Of a stretch of 56,913 nt of DNA, positions 9,524-20,095 are shown one piece after another; the stretch's first letter is position 1; each line of letters opens with the position of its first letter. A program made the translations under genes and the position numbers. The DNA is from an uncultured Candidatus Sumerlaeota bacterium (lineage in GTDB: Bacteria > Sumerlaeota > Sumerlaeia > UBA8349), in contig CAYWYC010000002.1 of NCBI GenBank assembly GCA_964462565.1, forward strand, positions 1-56,913, read 5' to 3'. Below the pieces are notes generated by a model that ran no database searches, was not told the DNA's origin, and saw nothing but the letters and a program-made list of their open reading frames with translations.

Positions 9524-12265
9524 CTATCGCGCGTCCTTCACCAGTCGGCCCAGAATTTCCAGGGCTTCCATGGGGGTGATGTGGTCGGTGTTCATGTTGC
9601 GGAGGCGTTCGAGGACTGGATGGTCGAGTCCGTCGAAGAGGCTGAGTTGGACCATACCGTCGTCGGCTTCCACTTTGACTTTGCGGTCGGGCGGTGGGCC
9701 TCCGGCCTTGGGGCTGTGGCCGAACTCGAGCTGGTGCAGGATTGACTGTGCCCGTTCGATCACCGACGGCGGCAGACCCGCCACCTTTCCCGCGTAGATA
9801 CCGTAGGAGTGGTCGGTGCTGCCCTTTACGATCTGGTAGAGGAAGGTGATGTCGCCGCCTTTTTCAAGCACGGCCACGTTATAATTGCGCACGCGGTGCA
9901 GTTCGTTTTCCAGGTCGGTGAGTTCGTGATAGTGGGTGGCGAAGAGGGTTTTTGGTCGTCGTCCTTCGGTGGAATGCAGATATTCCACCACGGCCCATGC
10001 AATGCTGAGGCCGTCATAGGTCGATGTGCCGCGTCCGATTTCGTCGAGGATCACCAGGCTGCGGTCGGTGGCGTTGTTCAGGATGTTGGCGGTCTCACTC
10101 ATTTCGACAAGGAAAGTGCTTTGTCCTCGCACGAGATAGTCCATGGCTCCGACGCGCGTAAAGATGCGATCTACGATTCCGATTTTGGCGCGGCTTGCGG
10201 GGATGAAACTGCCCATGTGGGCCATCAGCGTGAGTAGCGCCACCTGCCGGATAAAGGTGGACTTGCCAGCCATATTGGGTCCCGTGATCAGCAGCACCTG
10301 TTCGCCCGAGTTGGATAGTTTGACATCGTTGGGCACAAAGGGGCGGTCGCCCTGAAGCGCCTCGACCACGGGGTGGCGGCCTGCCGTGATTTCGATGGTG
10401 TCGCCGTCGTCCACCTCGGGCTTGATGTAGTTGCCTGCGATGGCCGCCTGGGCCAGCCCCGCGAGGCAGTCCAGCCGTGCGATGTTTTCCGCCAGTTGCT
10501 GGATGCTCCGCGTCATGGCCGCGCATTCGTCGCGGATTTCCTCGAAGAGTCGCGTTTCGATGGTCTGGATGCGCTCCTGCGCGTTCAGGATGACTTCTTC
10601 CTTTTCCTTCAGCTCCGGCGTGATATAGCGCTCCGCGTTGACGAGCGTCTGCTTGCGGATATAATGCTCGGGTACGCTGCCCACGTTGCCCTTGGATACC
10701 TCGATAAAAAAGCCAAAGACCTTGTTGTATTTAATCTTGAGATTCTGAATGCCCGTGCTTTGGATTTCGGCCTGACGCATCTGTTCCATCCAGTCGCTCG
10801 TGTTCTCGGCCAGTGCGCGGAGTTCGTCGAGTTCGGCGCTGTATCCCTCGCGGATGACGCCGCCGTCGCGGGCAGCGAATGGCGGGTTGTCCGTCAGGCT
10901 GCGGTCGAGCAGGCTGCGCAGCATGGGATGGGGATCGAGTTGCTTGCGCAGGCGGTCCAGCAATTTCGACGGCCAGGCGACCTCGCTGTCCCAGGGGGAA
11001 TCGCGCACGACGGAAAGGTCTTCGTCTGCTTCATCGCGTCGCAGGGGCGGAGGTGTGAGGCATTGGATCAGCGGCTCCACCTGGTGCAGCGACTGACGCA
11101 GGGCCGTCAGGTCGCGCGGACCGGCCACACCCAGGCCGATACGGCTGATGATGCGCTCCAGGTCATGAATCTGGCGCAGGCACTCGTCCATGCTCGTGCG
11201 CAGCGTCGTATCTTCGTAAATGGCCTCCACGGCATTCAGGCGTTCGTGAATCGCCTCGGCCTTCTTCAACGGTTGCAGCATCCAGCCGCGCAGCATGCGC
11301 CCGCCCATGGCCGTGACCGTATGATCCAGCACACCCAGCAGCGTCGCCCGGCGATCGGCTCCCTGGATCGACTGCACCAGTTCCAGGCTTCGCTGTGTGG
11401 TAAAGTCCAGCACGAGATAATCGCTCGGGTTATAGACGCCCATGTGGTTGATGTGTCGCAGGGCTGAAAATTGCGTGTCGTGCAGGTACTGGATGAGGGC
11501 TCCGGCGGCTGCGATCGCGGCGGACATGCCATCGGCGCCATAGCCCTCCAGGCTCTGCACCTGAAACTGTTCCAGCAGCCGACGCCGGGCCGATTGCGCG
11601 TCATAGTCCGTATCGGGCAACCAGCTCACCGCCGTCTTGATCGTCGGGTCCAGCCATTCGCCCTCGCGGCTTCGCAGCGAATCGGGCAGCAGGATTTCCG
11701 CCGGTTGCAGGCGTCCGATTTCCGAAAAAATCTGCCGGGAAGCACCTTCCTCTTCAAACTCCGCCACCTCGAAGCTTCCGGTGGAAAGATCCGCCACCGC
11801 CAGGCCCCATCGCACGGGGGCATTTTTGCCGCGTCCGTCGCGCAGTTCGCAGGTCGATGCGAGAAAATTGTGCGCCTTGTCGTCCAGAATGTCCGACTCC
11901 AGGATCGTCCCCGGCGTCACAATGCGCACGACCTCGCGCTTGACGATGCCCTTGGCCTGCTTGGGGTCTTCCGTCTGGTCACAGATGGCCACCTTTTTTC
12001 CGGCGCGGATGAATTTGGCCAGATAGGGTTCGATCGAATGAAAAGGCACCCCGGCGAGAGGCATGTCCTTGCCATCGCCCCAGGGCCGTCGGGTCAGCGT
12101 GATGCCCAGCACATTGGCGGCCACCTTGGCGTCGTCGCCGAACATCTCGTAAAAGTCACCCATGCGAAACATCAATATATATTGCGGATACTTGGCCTTA
12201 ATGGCGTTATACTGCCGCATCATGGGGGTGACTTTGCCGGCGCTGTCTGCCTTTTGCTTTGCCAT
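9524..12265 (-). CDS. mutS: DNA mismatch repair protein MutS
   Basis: TPMMRQY, FRMGDFYEMF, GPNMAGKST, DRIFTRVGA, STFLVEM, DEIGRGTSTYDG and FATHYHELT. Confidence 0.98.
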   Translation of the reverse strand: MAKQKADSAGKVTPMMRQYNAIKAKYPQYILMFRMGDFYEMFGDDAKVAANVLGITLTRRPWGDGKDMPLAGVPFHSIEPYLAKFIRAGKKVAICDQTEDPKQAKGIVKREVVRIVTPGTILESDILDDKAHNFLASTCELRDGRGKNAPVRWGLAVADLSTGSFEVAEFEEEGASRQIFSEIGRLQPAEILLPDSLRSREGEWLDPTIKTAVSWLPDTDYDAQSARRRLLEQFQVQSLEGYGADGMSAAIAAAGALIQYLHDTQFSALRHINHMGVYNPSDYLVLDFTTQRSLELVQSIQGADRRATLLGVLDHTVTAMGGRMLRGWMLQPLKKAEAIHERLNAVEAIYEDTTLRTSMDECLRQIHDLERIISRIGLGVAGPRDLTALRQSLHQVEPLIQCLTPPPLRRDEADEDLSVVRDSPWDSEVAWPSKLLDRLRKQLDPHPMLRSLLDRSLTDNPPFAARDGGVIREGYSAELDELRALAENTSDWMEQMRQAEIQSTGIQNLKIKYNKVFGFFIEVSKGNVGSVPEHYIRKQTLVNAERYITPELKEKEEVILNAQERIQTIETRLFEEIRDECAAMTRSIQQLAENIARLDCLAGLAQAAIAGNYIKPEVDDGDTIEITAGRHPVVEALQGDRPFVPNDVKLSNSGEQVLLITGPNMAGKSTFIRQVALLTLMAHMGSFIPASRAKIGIVDRIFTRVGAMDYLVRGQSTFLVEMSETANILNNATDRSLVILDEIGRGTSTYDGLSIAWAVVEYLHSTEGRRPKTLFATHYHELTDLENELHRVRNYNVAVLEKGGDITFLYQIVKGSTDHSYGIYAGKVAGLPPSVIERAQSILHQLEFGHSPKAGGPPPDRKVKVEADDGMVQLSLFDGLDHPVLERLRNMNTDHITPMEALEILGRLVKDAR

Positions 12266-12490
12266 ATATCAATCGCGTTCGTTCGCTGAAAATAGCCAAA
12301 CGGTATCCCAAAATCACTCCTACCGTCGGGTCAAGGGCGCTATTATTGAGGGCCGGCGTCAAGAACGCAAGGGCAATTTTTTGCAGGAAACAGTGGAAAT
12401 CGACTTGCGCAAAGTCTTAAAGCATCCAGGGGCATTTTGAATGCAAAACGCGGTCACCGCCGCGTGGGCATTTATTTGAGGCGCTTTTGC

Positions 12491-12519
12491 TTGCCAGAAG
12501 GCGCATAGTCTTATATTCT
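12491..12519 (+). promoter_or_regulatory. Putative sigma70 promoter for rhaM and the downstream GT-C gene
   Basis: TTGCCA-N17-TATTCT, about 30 bp upstream of the GGAGG RBS and ATG. Confidence 0.4.
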
Positions 12520-12547
12520 TTTGGAAAAATCGGAAGGAGGCGGTCTG

Positions 12548-12862
12548 ATGATACGGAAGGCTTTTGTCATGTCGGTGGATGCAGGTAAGGAGGAGGAGTA
12601 CGAAAAGCGGCATAATCCCATCTGGGCGGAATTGGAAAAGACCCTGAAAGATCATGGCGCTCATAATTACTCCATTTTTTTGTTGCCGGAGACGCGGCAG
12701 CTTTTTGCTTATGTAGAAATCGAGGATGAGGCAAAGTGGGACGCGATTGCCGAAACCGACGTTTGCAAGCGCTGGTGGGCCTATATGGGGGACGTCATGC
12801 CTAGCAATCCCGATAACAGCCCCGTGGCGCAGGATCTGATCGAAGTGTTTCACATAGACTGA
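12548..12862 (+). CDS. rhaM: L-rhamnose mutarotase
   Basis: [52 protein letters not shown] and EVFHID; strong GGAGG RBS. Confidence 0.93.
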   Translation: MIRKAFVMSVDAGKEEEYEKRHNPIWAELEKTLKDHGAHNYSIFLLPETRQLFAYVEIEDEAKWDAIAETDVCKRWWAYMGDVMPSNPDNSPVAQDLIEVFHID

Positions 12863-12873
12863 GGGCGAATCGT

Positions 12874-14460
12874 ATGAGCCCTTTCGGCCTCACAGTCCTG
12901 GAGCGTTTTTATCGGCGCTATCCGCAGCTATTCCCCCTGGTGGCTATTACGATTGGGCTGCTCTTGTTGACTTCGGCTTTGAGCGTGACAGCGGGCCTGG
13001 GCCCCACTCGGTGTGGCTGGTGGGAGCCTTGTGAACTCGCGGCAGACGAGGGCGGCAATCTGATGAAGGGGGCTCTTTTGCTGGAGGGGTATCCGCTTTA
13101 CGATGCTATCTGGAGCGACCAGCCACCGGTGCTGAGTTACTTGCTGGCGGGACTTTTTGCGGTTTTCGGTTCCTCTCTTCTGGCGGCGCGCCTGCTCATG
13201 CTCGCGTTTTCGGTGCTGTTGCTTTACGCGTTATTTCGCATCGCAAGAAGGCAGGCAGGGGCGATGGCGGCCATTTTTTCGGTATTCTTACTGGCCACCT
13301 GGTGGTTGTATGCCGAATTGAGCGTGACCGTGCTGATCGGTCTTCCGGCGATAGCCTTGGCTTTGCTGGCTCTCGATATGCTGCTCTTGTGGCGTGAGAA
13401 GGGCTCTGCCCCCTGGTTGCTTGTGCTTTCGGGCTTGCTTATGGGGCTTTCCATTACGACCAAATTCTTCACGGTGATTACGCTTCCGCTTTTTTTGTGT
13501 CTGCTTTTGGCGCCGCGGCAGAGGGGGAATCCTGCTGTCGGCTTTGCGCGGCGCATGGGGCTTGCCCTGGTATGGTTGATTCTTTTCACGGGGCCTTTTT
13601 CTCTGGTCTTGCTGGTTTATGGGCGGGAGGCCTTTGTGGCGCTTTTCGGGACGCATGTGGATGCGCGTACGACTGAAATAGCCGGAGAAGGCCTTGGGGA
13701 AAACCTGGCGATCCTGGGAAGATGGTTGCTTCGGGATATCCACATTCTGATTCTGGCGGCGATGCAGTTGGTCCTTCGGAATCAGCGCCGACGGGATTTC
13801 ACGGTGTATTTACCTTGGATCTGGTTTTTTGTCTGTTTGGCGGTTTTTCTGTGGCACCGTCCTTTGTGGGGGCACCATTCGCTGCTGCTTTTTGTGCCCT
13901 TGGCCTGGCTGGGAGGGATTGGCGCGGAAGATCTGCGTCGTCTGATTATTCGAAAAGCGAGGGTTATCGGGCTGGAGCGGCGGGAGAGCCGATTGCGCAG
14001 ATGGGCGCCCTGGCTTCTGGTGCTGGCTTTGCTGATTATCGGGGCGAAATTATTCTCGCAGAATGCCTGGCACGTGAGCATATTCTGGAAAACCGATACT
14101 TTTACCCATGCCCTTTTGCCCGAAGAACAGGCGGAGTTGACCCGGCGGCTGGAAAAATATAAATCCGGGACGAACTGGGTTTTCTCGGACCGGCCCTTTG
14201 ACGTCTTTATGGCGGGAATGGTGGCGCCTCCGCCATTGGCTGTGTTTTCGGACAAGCGGGTCAAACTCTGGCAGTTGAAATCGAATACATTAATTGAAGT
14301 TATCAATGCTTATGATGTTGAGCAGGTTTGGCTTCGCCGGTATCAGCACTCGCCGGAACTGATGGATTTTTTGATGAAAGAAAACTACGTGCTCCTTTTT
14401 CATCGGGGTTGGAATATGCATTGGGTAAAGGCGGACGTAATGAATAGTGATGTGCGTTGA
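12874..14460 (+). CDS. ArnT/PMT (GT-C, GT39/83-like) membrane glycosyltransferase
   Basis: DE motif in the first loop (ADEGG), YPLYDAIWSDQPP, many transmembrane segments, TTKF motif and a soluble C-terminal domain. Confidence 0.75.
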   Translation: MSPFGLTVLERFYRRYPQLFPLVAITIGLLLLTSALSVTAGLGPTRCGWWEPCELAADEGGNLMKGALLLEGYPLYDAIWSDQPPVLSYLLAGLFAVFGSSLLAARLLMLAFSVLLLYALFRIARRQAGAMAAIFSVFLLATWWLYAELSVTVLIGLPAIALALLALDMLLLWREKGSAPWLLVLSGLLMGLSITTKFFTVITLPLFLCLLLAPRQRGNPAVGFARRMGLALVWLILFTGPFSLVLLVYGREAFVALFGTHVDARTTEIAGEGLGENLAILGRWLLRDIHILILAAMQLVLRNQRRRDFTVYLPWIWFFVCLAVFLWHRPLWGHHSLLLFVPLAWLGGIGAEDLRRLIIRKARVIGLERRESRLRRWAPWLLVLALLIIGAKLFSQNAWHVSIFWKTDTFTHALLPEEQAELTRRLEKYKSGTNWVFSDRPFDVFMAGMVAPPPLAVFSDKRVKLWQLKSNTLIEVINAYDVEQVWLRRYQHSPELMDFLMKENYVLLFHRGWNMHWVKADVMNSDVR

Positions 14461-14525
14461 TCGTTAAGGCCTTTCGGATCAGAGATGCTTTGGAGTCGAT
14501 TGTTTTATTTTTTTGGTCAGCTTGC

Positions 14526-14554
14526 TTGCCCAAAGAAACGATAACACATATAGT
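14526..14554 (+). promoter_or_regulatory. Putative sigma70 promoter upstream of the hybrid kinase
   Basis: TTGCCC-N17-TATAGT with an overlapping TATAAT in an AT-rich gap. Confidence 0.4.
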
Positions 14555-14663
14555 ATAATCAGGAATTGCAGGCAATTGGCTCGGTTGTCCTGATTCCCGG
14601 ACTGAGGGTTTAGGACTCCGAGGCCATTATCTGCTTTAACATGGATTTGATTGCGAGTTGTAG

Positions 14664-17600
14664 ATGGCTGATAAGTATAACGATGACATAAATTTGCCTG
14701 ATGGTTCTGGTTTTTCCGATGCAGAGCGGCTCCGGAAAAAAGTGGAGGACATGCTTGCGGGGAATCACTCGGATGTGGAGGATCTTTCGCAGGAAGAAGT
14801 AAAGCGGGTGATCGAGGAATTGCAACTGCATCAGGTGGAATTGCAGATGCAGAATGAGCAGCTGCGTCAGACGCAGAGTGAGTTGGAGGAGTCTCGCAGC
14901 GATTACGCGGATTTGTACGATTACGCGCCTGTGGGTTACCTGACGATTGACGGAGCCGGTATCATTAAGCGCGTGAACTTCACCCTGGCGGACATGCTGG
15001 GCTGCACCAAGAAAGACTTGGTGGGCAATCCGCTGGGCCGATTTGTTCCGGAAGAAGCCCGCAACGCCTTCTATTCCTATTATCGCCGTTTTCTAGTTAC
15101 AAGTTCCCTCAAGAAGTGGGAGACGCTGCTGCAATCGCGCGATGGCTCACGCCTGGACGTGATGCTGGAAAAGCGCCGCGAAAAATCCCAGGGACCCTTT
15201 GGGAACGAGTCCGGCAGTTTGCGGCAGGTGGCGGTGATCGATATCAGTGATCGCAAGGAAGCCGAGCGCGCCCTGAAAGATTTGAACAATGAACTGGATA
15301 AGCGCGTGCAGGACCGGACCTTCGAACTGCGCGAGGAAATCACGGAACGCAAGAAGATCGAGGAGCAACTCCGGAAAATCCAGGAACGACTCGATATGGC
15401 GCTTTGGGGCGCTCGCGTCGCCTGGTGGAGTTGGGATGTGCCTTCGGGCGAAGTGGTAACGAGCACGGGCAAGTGTGAGATGTTGGGCTATGATCCCAAG
15501 GATTTTGGCTTGCGCGAGGACGGCGTTATTGCCCAGCATGTGGACCAATGGATTTCCCTGATCCACCCCGAGGACTATGAGGGCGCCATGGAGTGCATGA
15601 GAGGGCATCTGCGCGGGGAAAAAGATTTGTACGAGGTGCGCTACCGCCTCCAGAAGGCGGACGGAGATTGGATGTGGCTTTTTGACCGGGGCCGCATTGT
15701 GGCGCGCGATGAAGACGGCAAGCCCCTGCGCCTGAACGGTGTGGTTCAGGATATCAGCGAAACCCGGAAGTCGGAACTCGAGCGTGAGTGGTTTTTCAAC
15801 CTGTCCATTGACATGCTGACAATCGCGGGGCTGGACGGCTGCTTCCGCCAGCTGAATCCCGCCTGGGAAAAAATCCTGGGATGGGAACACGGAGAACTTC
15901 AGGGGCACTCCCTGCTGGAATTTATCCACCCCGAAGATCGCGATGAAGCGCAAACCGTGATCGATGTGCTCAAGGCGGGGCGGTCGGTGGCGAGTTATGA
16001 AAATCGCTTTCGCTGTAAAGACGGTTCCTACAAGTGGTTGCTCTGGAGTTCTTTTTCGCTTCCGGGCGAGGGACTGGCTTTTTCTGTCACGCGGGATATT
16101 ACGGACCGAAAAAGAACCGAGCAGGAACTGAACCAACTGAACCAGGAACTGGAACAGCGCGTGGAAGAACGCACCCGGGCCCTGCAGTCGGAAACGGAAA
16201 AGCACAAGCAGACGGCAATGGACCTGACATTGTTCCGGCGGGCCTTGGATAACGCGGTAGACTCGATATTCGTGATTGATCGTCAAAGCATGAAACTGGT
16301 GGATGTGAACGTCGCGGCCTGCGAATCACTCGGCTACAGCCGCGAAGAATTGCTGCAAATGGGGCCACAGGATCTGAAGCCCCTGAAAGCGCGTGAGGAC
16401 CTGGAAAAGGAATTTGACGGGGTGATCGGCGGCGGGCCTGAGTATGGGGCCATCGAGACCTTGCATCAGCGCAAGGACGGCAGTCGCTTTCCTGTGGAAA
16501 TATTCTTGAACGCCGCGCAGGTGCATGGTCGCAACATTATTGTGGCCGCCGCGCGCGATATTACGGAACGCGAACGGGTGCAGGCGGAGCTGGAAGCGGC
16601 CAAAAATACGGCAGAAGCGGCAAACCGGGCCAAGAGCGACTTTCTGGCCAATATGAGTCACGAAATCCGAACCCCCATGAACGGCGTGATCGGTTTGACG
16701 ACCCTCCTTCTGCAGACGGAACTCGACGCGCGGCAACGGGAATATGCCCAAGCCACCCAGGCCAGCGCCACCTCCCTGCTTGCCCTGATTGACGATATTC
16801 TGGACTTTTCCAAGATCGAAGCCGGCAAGATGGACCTGGAGACTATTGATTTTGACCTGCATGACGTTTTGGATGATATCGTGGGGATTCTGGGCTACAA
16901 GGCCTGTGAAAGCCGTCTGGAACTGATCTGTCATGTGGATCCCGCTTTGCCCCACTGGTTGCGCGGGGATCGGCAGAAATTGCGTCAGATCCTGCTGAAC
17001 CTGGCCAATAACGCCATCAAGTTTACCGAATCGGGTGAAGTGGAAATACAGGCGAAACTCCAGGAAGCCCGGGAGGATGACTTTCTGGTCCACTTTTCCG
17101 TGCGGGACACGGGGATCGGCATCAGCCCGGAAAAGAGCCGCAAACTCTTTCAGGCTTTTTCCCAGGCCGACTCCAGCACGACCCGCCGCTTTGGTGGAAC
17201 GGGCCTGGGCCTCGTGATTTCGAAACGTCTGGCCGAAATGCTGGGAGGCTCCATTGGGCTGGAAAGTGAAGAAGGGGACGGATCGGTATTCTGGTTTGAA
17301 CTTCCCCTGAAGATGGGCGAAGCAGTGGGCGATGTGGACAAGACGATCAAACCCGAACTCAGCGAGGACCTGCGGGTGCTGCTGGTCGATTCGTGTGACG
17401 CCTTTCGCCGCAATATGAAAAAGCAACTGCTCGCCTGGGGTATTCCGGATATTGAAGAAGCCGCCAGCCTGGCCGCGCTTTCCGGCCAGTTGGATCGTGC
17501 CGCGAGAAATCACCGCCCCGTCCAGCTGATTTTCATGGATGCCAACCTGGACCCGGATGAAGTGGCCCTTACGGAAATGTTGCATAACATAAGCAGTCAC

Positions 17601-18212
17601 ACAGATTGGGGACATCCCGAAGTGATTCTGATGTCGGCAATCAATCGGGACGAGCCGAACGTGAGCCGGGAACTGTATCGCTGCACCATCGCCAAACCGC
17701 TTCGCTATGATGCCCTGCTGAAAAGCCTGCTTGCCTATGGTCGCGATTTTGCTGATTCCACTTCCACTGCAAGGCGGCCCACTGATTCCGTTCTTCCCGC
17801 TTCGGAAGGCTTGCATTTGTCGGAAGAAATGCGTAACTTCGATGGCGTGGAAGTGCTGGTAGCGGAAGACAATCCCATCAACCAGATGGTGGCGGAAGGA
17901 ATGCTGATGGACCTGGGGATGTCGGTCGATTGCGTTTCCAATGGACGCGAAGCCGTGGAAGCGGTCCAGCAGAAGCCCTACGACCTGGTCCTGATGGATT
18001 GCCAGATGCCCGAAATGGACGGTTTCGAGGCCACCGGGCGCATACGAAGCCTGGACGGCCGATATGTACCGATCATAGCCATGACCGCAGCGGCCATGAA
18101 GGGGGATCGCGAAAAATGCCTGGATGCGGGGATGGATGATTACCTGGCCAAGCCCGTCCAGATCGAGGAAATTCGAAAGATGGTTTCGAAATATCTCAAA
18201 ATGAAGCGCTGA
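14664..18212 (+). CDS. Multi-PAS hybrid histidine kinase (BarA/RcsC-type core, two receiver domains)
   Basis: About four PAS/PAC repeats, KSDFLANMSHEIRTPMNG, DILDFSKIEAG, NAIKFT, DSSTTRRFGGTGLGL; final receiver VAEDNPIN..MDCQMPEMDG..KP. Confidence 0.93.
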   Translation: MADKYNDDINLPDGSGFSDAERLRKKVEDMLAGNHSDVEDLSQEEVKRVIEELQLHQVELQMQNEQLRQTQSELEESRSDYADLYDYAPVGYLTIDGAGIIKRVNFTLADMLGCTKKDLVGNPLGRFVPEEARNAFYSYYRRFLVTSSLKKWETLLQSRDGSRLDVMLEKRREKSQGPFGNESGSLRQVAVIDISDRKEAERALKDLNNELDKRVQDRTFELREEITERKKIEEQLRKIQERLDMALWGARVAWWSWDVPSGEVVTSTGKCEMLGYDPKDFGLREDGVIAQHVDQWISLIHPEDYEGAMECMRGHLRGEKDLYEVRYRLQKADGDWMWLFDRGRIVARDEDGKPLRLNGVVQDISETRKSELEREWFFNLSIDMLTIAGLDGCFRQLNPAWEKILGWEHGELQGHSLLEFIHPEDRDEAQTVIDVLKAGRSVASYENRFRCKDGSYKWLLWSSFSLPGEGLAFSVTRDITDRKRTEQELNQLNQELEQRVEERTRALQSETEKHKQTAMDLTLFRRALDNAVDSIFVIDRQSMKLVDVNVAACESLGYSREELLQMGPQDLKPLKAREDLEKEFDGVIGGGPEYGAIETLHQRKDGSRFPVEIFLNAAQVHGRNIIVAAARDITERERVQAELEAAKNTAEAANRAKSDFLANMSHEIRTPMNGVIGLTTLLLQTELDARQREYAQATQASATSLLALIDDILDFSKIEAGKMDLETIDFDLHDVLDDIVGILGYKACESRLELICHVDPALPHWLRGDRQKLRQILLNLANNAIKFTESGEVEIQAKLQEAREDDFLVHFSVRDTGIGISPEKSRKLFQAFSQADSSTTRRFGGTGLGLVISKRLAEMLGGSIGLESEEGDGSVFWFELPLKMGEAVGDVDKTIKPELSEDLRVLLVDSCDAFRRNMKKQLLAWGIPDIEEAASLAALSGQLDRAARNHRPVQLIFMDANLDPDEVALTEMLHNISSHTDWGHPEVILMSAINRDEPNVSRELYRCTIAKPLRYDALLKSLLAYGRDFADSTSTARRPTDSVLPASEGLHLSEEMRNFDGVEVLVAEDNPINQMVAEGMLMDLGMSVDCVSNGREAVEAVQQKPYDLVLMDCQMPEMDGFEATGRIRSLDGRYVPIIAMTAAAMKGDREKCLDAGMDDYLAKPVQIEEIRKMVSKYLKMKR

Positions 18213-18266
18213 GCCCACTGCATATCCACGTTTTTATCAATTGACTAAAGGAAACGATATCTGCCC

Positions 18267-20060
18267 ATGCTTGCACGGCTATCGATCCAGAACCTTGCCA
18301 TTATCGACAATCTGACCCTGGATTTTGACGACGGCTTCACCGTCCTCACCGGTGAGACAGGAGCGGGGAAGTCCATCATTATCGGCGCGTTGAACCTCGT
18401 TTTGGGTGAACGTTCCAGCGCCGATGATATCCGTACCGGTTGCGACACCGCGGTGATAGAAGCATTGTTTGACATATCGGCTTGCCAAGCGGTTCAGGCG
18501 GTCTTGCGATCGCAGGGCATTTGTAATGACGCGGAGGAAGTGGAGCCCGAACTGGTGATCCATCGCGAGATCAGCCGTCAGGGGCGCGGTAAATGCCTGG
18601 TGAATGGACGCCTCGTGACCGTGGGCCAGTTGAAGGAAATCGGCGACCTGCTGGTCGATCTCCATGGCCAGCACCAGCACCAGTCTCTCCTGAAAAACGA
18701 ACTGCATCGGGAAATTCTCGATAGTTTCGGTGCCGACACCATTGCCAAACCCCTGGAAAATTATCGCAAAACCTATGACCAGTGGCGCGAGGTGATTGAC
18801 AGGCTGCGGGCTTTGGATCGCGACGAAAGAGAAGTGGAGCGGCAGAAGGGCCTTATCCAGTATCAACTTGACGAGATTCGCGAAGCCGAACTGGAACCGG
18901 AGGAAGATCGCCTGCTGGAAGAAGAAAAGGGGCGCTTGCAGCATGTGGATTCCCTCAAACGCAACACGGCCCAAGCCAACGATCTGCTCTATGAAGGCGA
19001 GACCCAGGGACTTTCCATCATCGACCTGTTGGGTCAGTGCGAACAATTGCTGGAGCAATGCGTGGCGCTGGATGGTTCCCTGGCCCATTCGCTGGATCAA
19101 TTGGCTTCGGCGCGCGCCCAGGTGGAAGACATGGCGGTGGAGTTGGGGCGCTATGCCGATGCCCTTGACGCCGATCCGGAACGCCTGACCCAGGTGGAAG
19201 ACCGCCTGCATCTGATTCGTCGGCTTCGGAAAAAGTATGGAGCCACTATCGAAGATATTTTGGCCGAAGCCGACCGCCTCGAAACAGAACTGCACAGCCT
19301 GACCCACGCGGAAGAAGAACAGGGCGAACTGGACCATAAGCGAATCCAAATCGAAGCGGAACTGGTGCGCCAGGCGGAAGGACTCACCCGCTTGCGCGAA
19401 AAGGCCGGGAAGAGTTTTGCCGGCTTGCTTAAGAAGGAACTGGTCGAACTGGAAATGCCCAAGGTGGAGTTTGCCGTGGAGATGAGCGCCGGAGAAGAAG
19501 AATGGCTGGATGAAGAAGATAAAGGCGAAGAGTCCGAAGCGCTTTATGATGCCTATCGGGTTCTTTTTCCCGATGGCAAAAGCCGCCGCATTTATCCCTG
19601 GGGAGTGGATGTGGTGGAATTCATGATCAGCCCGAACCGCGGGGAAAGCCTGAAGCCGCTGAGGCGGATCGCGTCGGGTGGGGAGTTGTCGCGTCTCATG
19701 CTGGCGCTCAAGGTGATCATGGGAGATCGCGAACATATTCCCACGCTGATTTTTGACGAGATCGATACGGGGATCAGCGGAAAGACCGGGATGCGGGTTG
19801 GCGAAAAAATGGCCGGGCTCGGTCGGGATTTTCAGCTGATCTGCATCACGCACCTGGCCCAGATTGCCGCCCGGGCCAGCCATCATTTTGCCGTCAGTAA
19901 GGCGGAAAAAGGCAAGCGCACGCTTACCCATGTCGAAGGCCTGGAACCCGAGGCGCGCGTGATTGAACTGGCCCGCTTGCTCGGAGGCGAAACGGATTCC
20001 GCCATCGCCCGCGAACATGCACGGGCGCTTCTCGACGGAAGCACCCTGACGCGTCAATGA
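18267..20060 (+). CDS. recN: DNA repair protein RecN
   Basis: LTGETGAGKSI, DLHGQHQHQSL, IASGGELSRLMLALK, IFDEIDTGISG and CITHLAQIAA. Confidence 0.97.
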   Translation: MLARLSIQNLAIIDNLTLDFDDGFTVLTGETGAGKSIIIGALNLVLGERSSADDIRTGCDTAVIEALFDISACQAVQAVLRSQGICNDAEEVEPELVIHREISRQGRGKCLVNGRLVTVGQLKEIGDLLVDLHGQHQHQSLLKNELHREILDSFGADTIAKPLENYRKTYDQWREVIDRLRALDRDEREVERQKGLIQYQLDEIREAELEPEEDRLLEEEKGRLQHVDSLKRNTAQANDLLYEGETQGLSIIDLLGQCEQLLEQCVALDGSLAHSLDQLASARAQVEDMAVELGRYADALDADPERLTQVEDRLHLIRRLRKKYGATIEDILAEADRLETELHSLTHAEEEQGELDHKRIQIEAELVRQAEGLTRLREKAGKSFAGLLKKELVELEMPKVEFAVEMSAGEEEWLDEEDKGEESEALYDAYRVLFPDGKSRRIYPWGVDVVEFMISPNRGESLKPLRRIASGGELSRLMLALKVIMGDREHIPTLIFDEIDTGISGKTGMRVGEKMAGLGRDFQLICITHLAQIAARASHHFAVSKAEKGKRTLTHVEGLEPEARVIELARLLGGETDSAIAREHARALLDGSTLTRQ

Positions 20061-20095
20061 TATCGATTTTCCTTGATTTGTTTCGCCCCTCTGTC

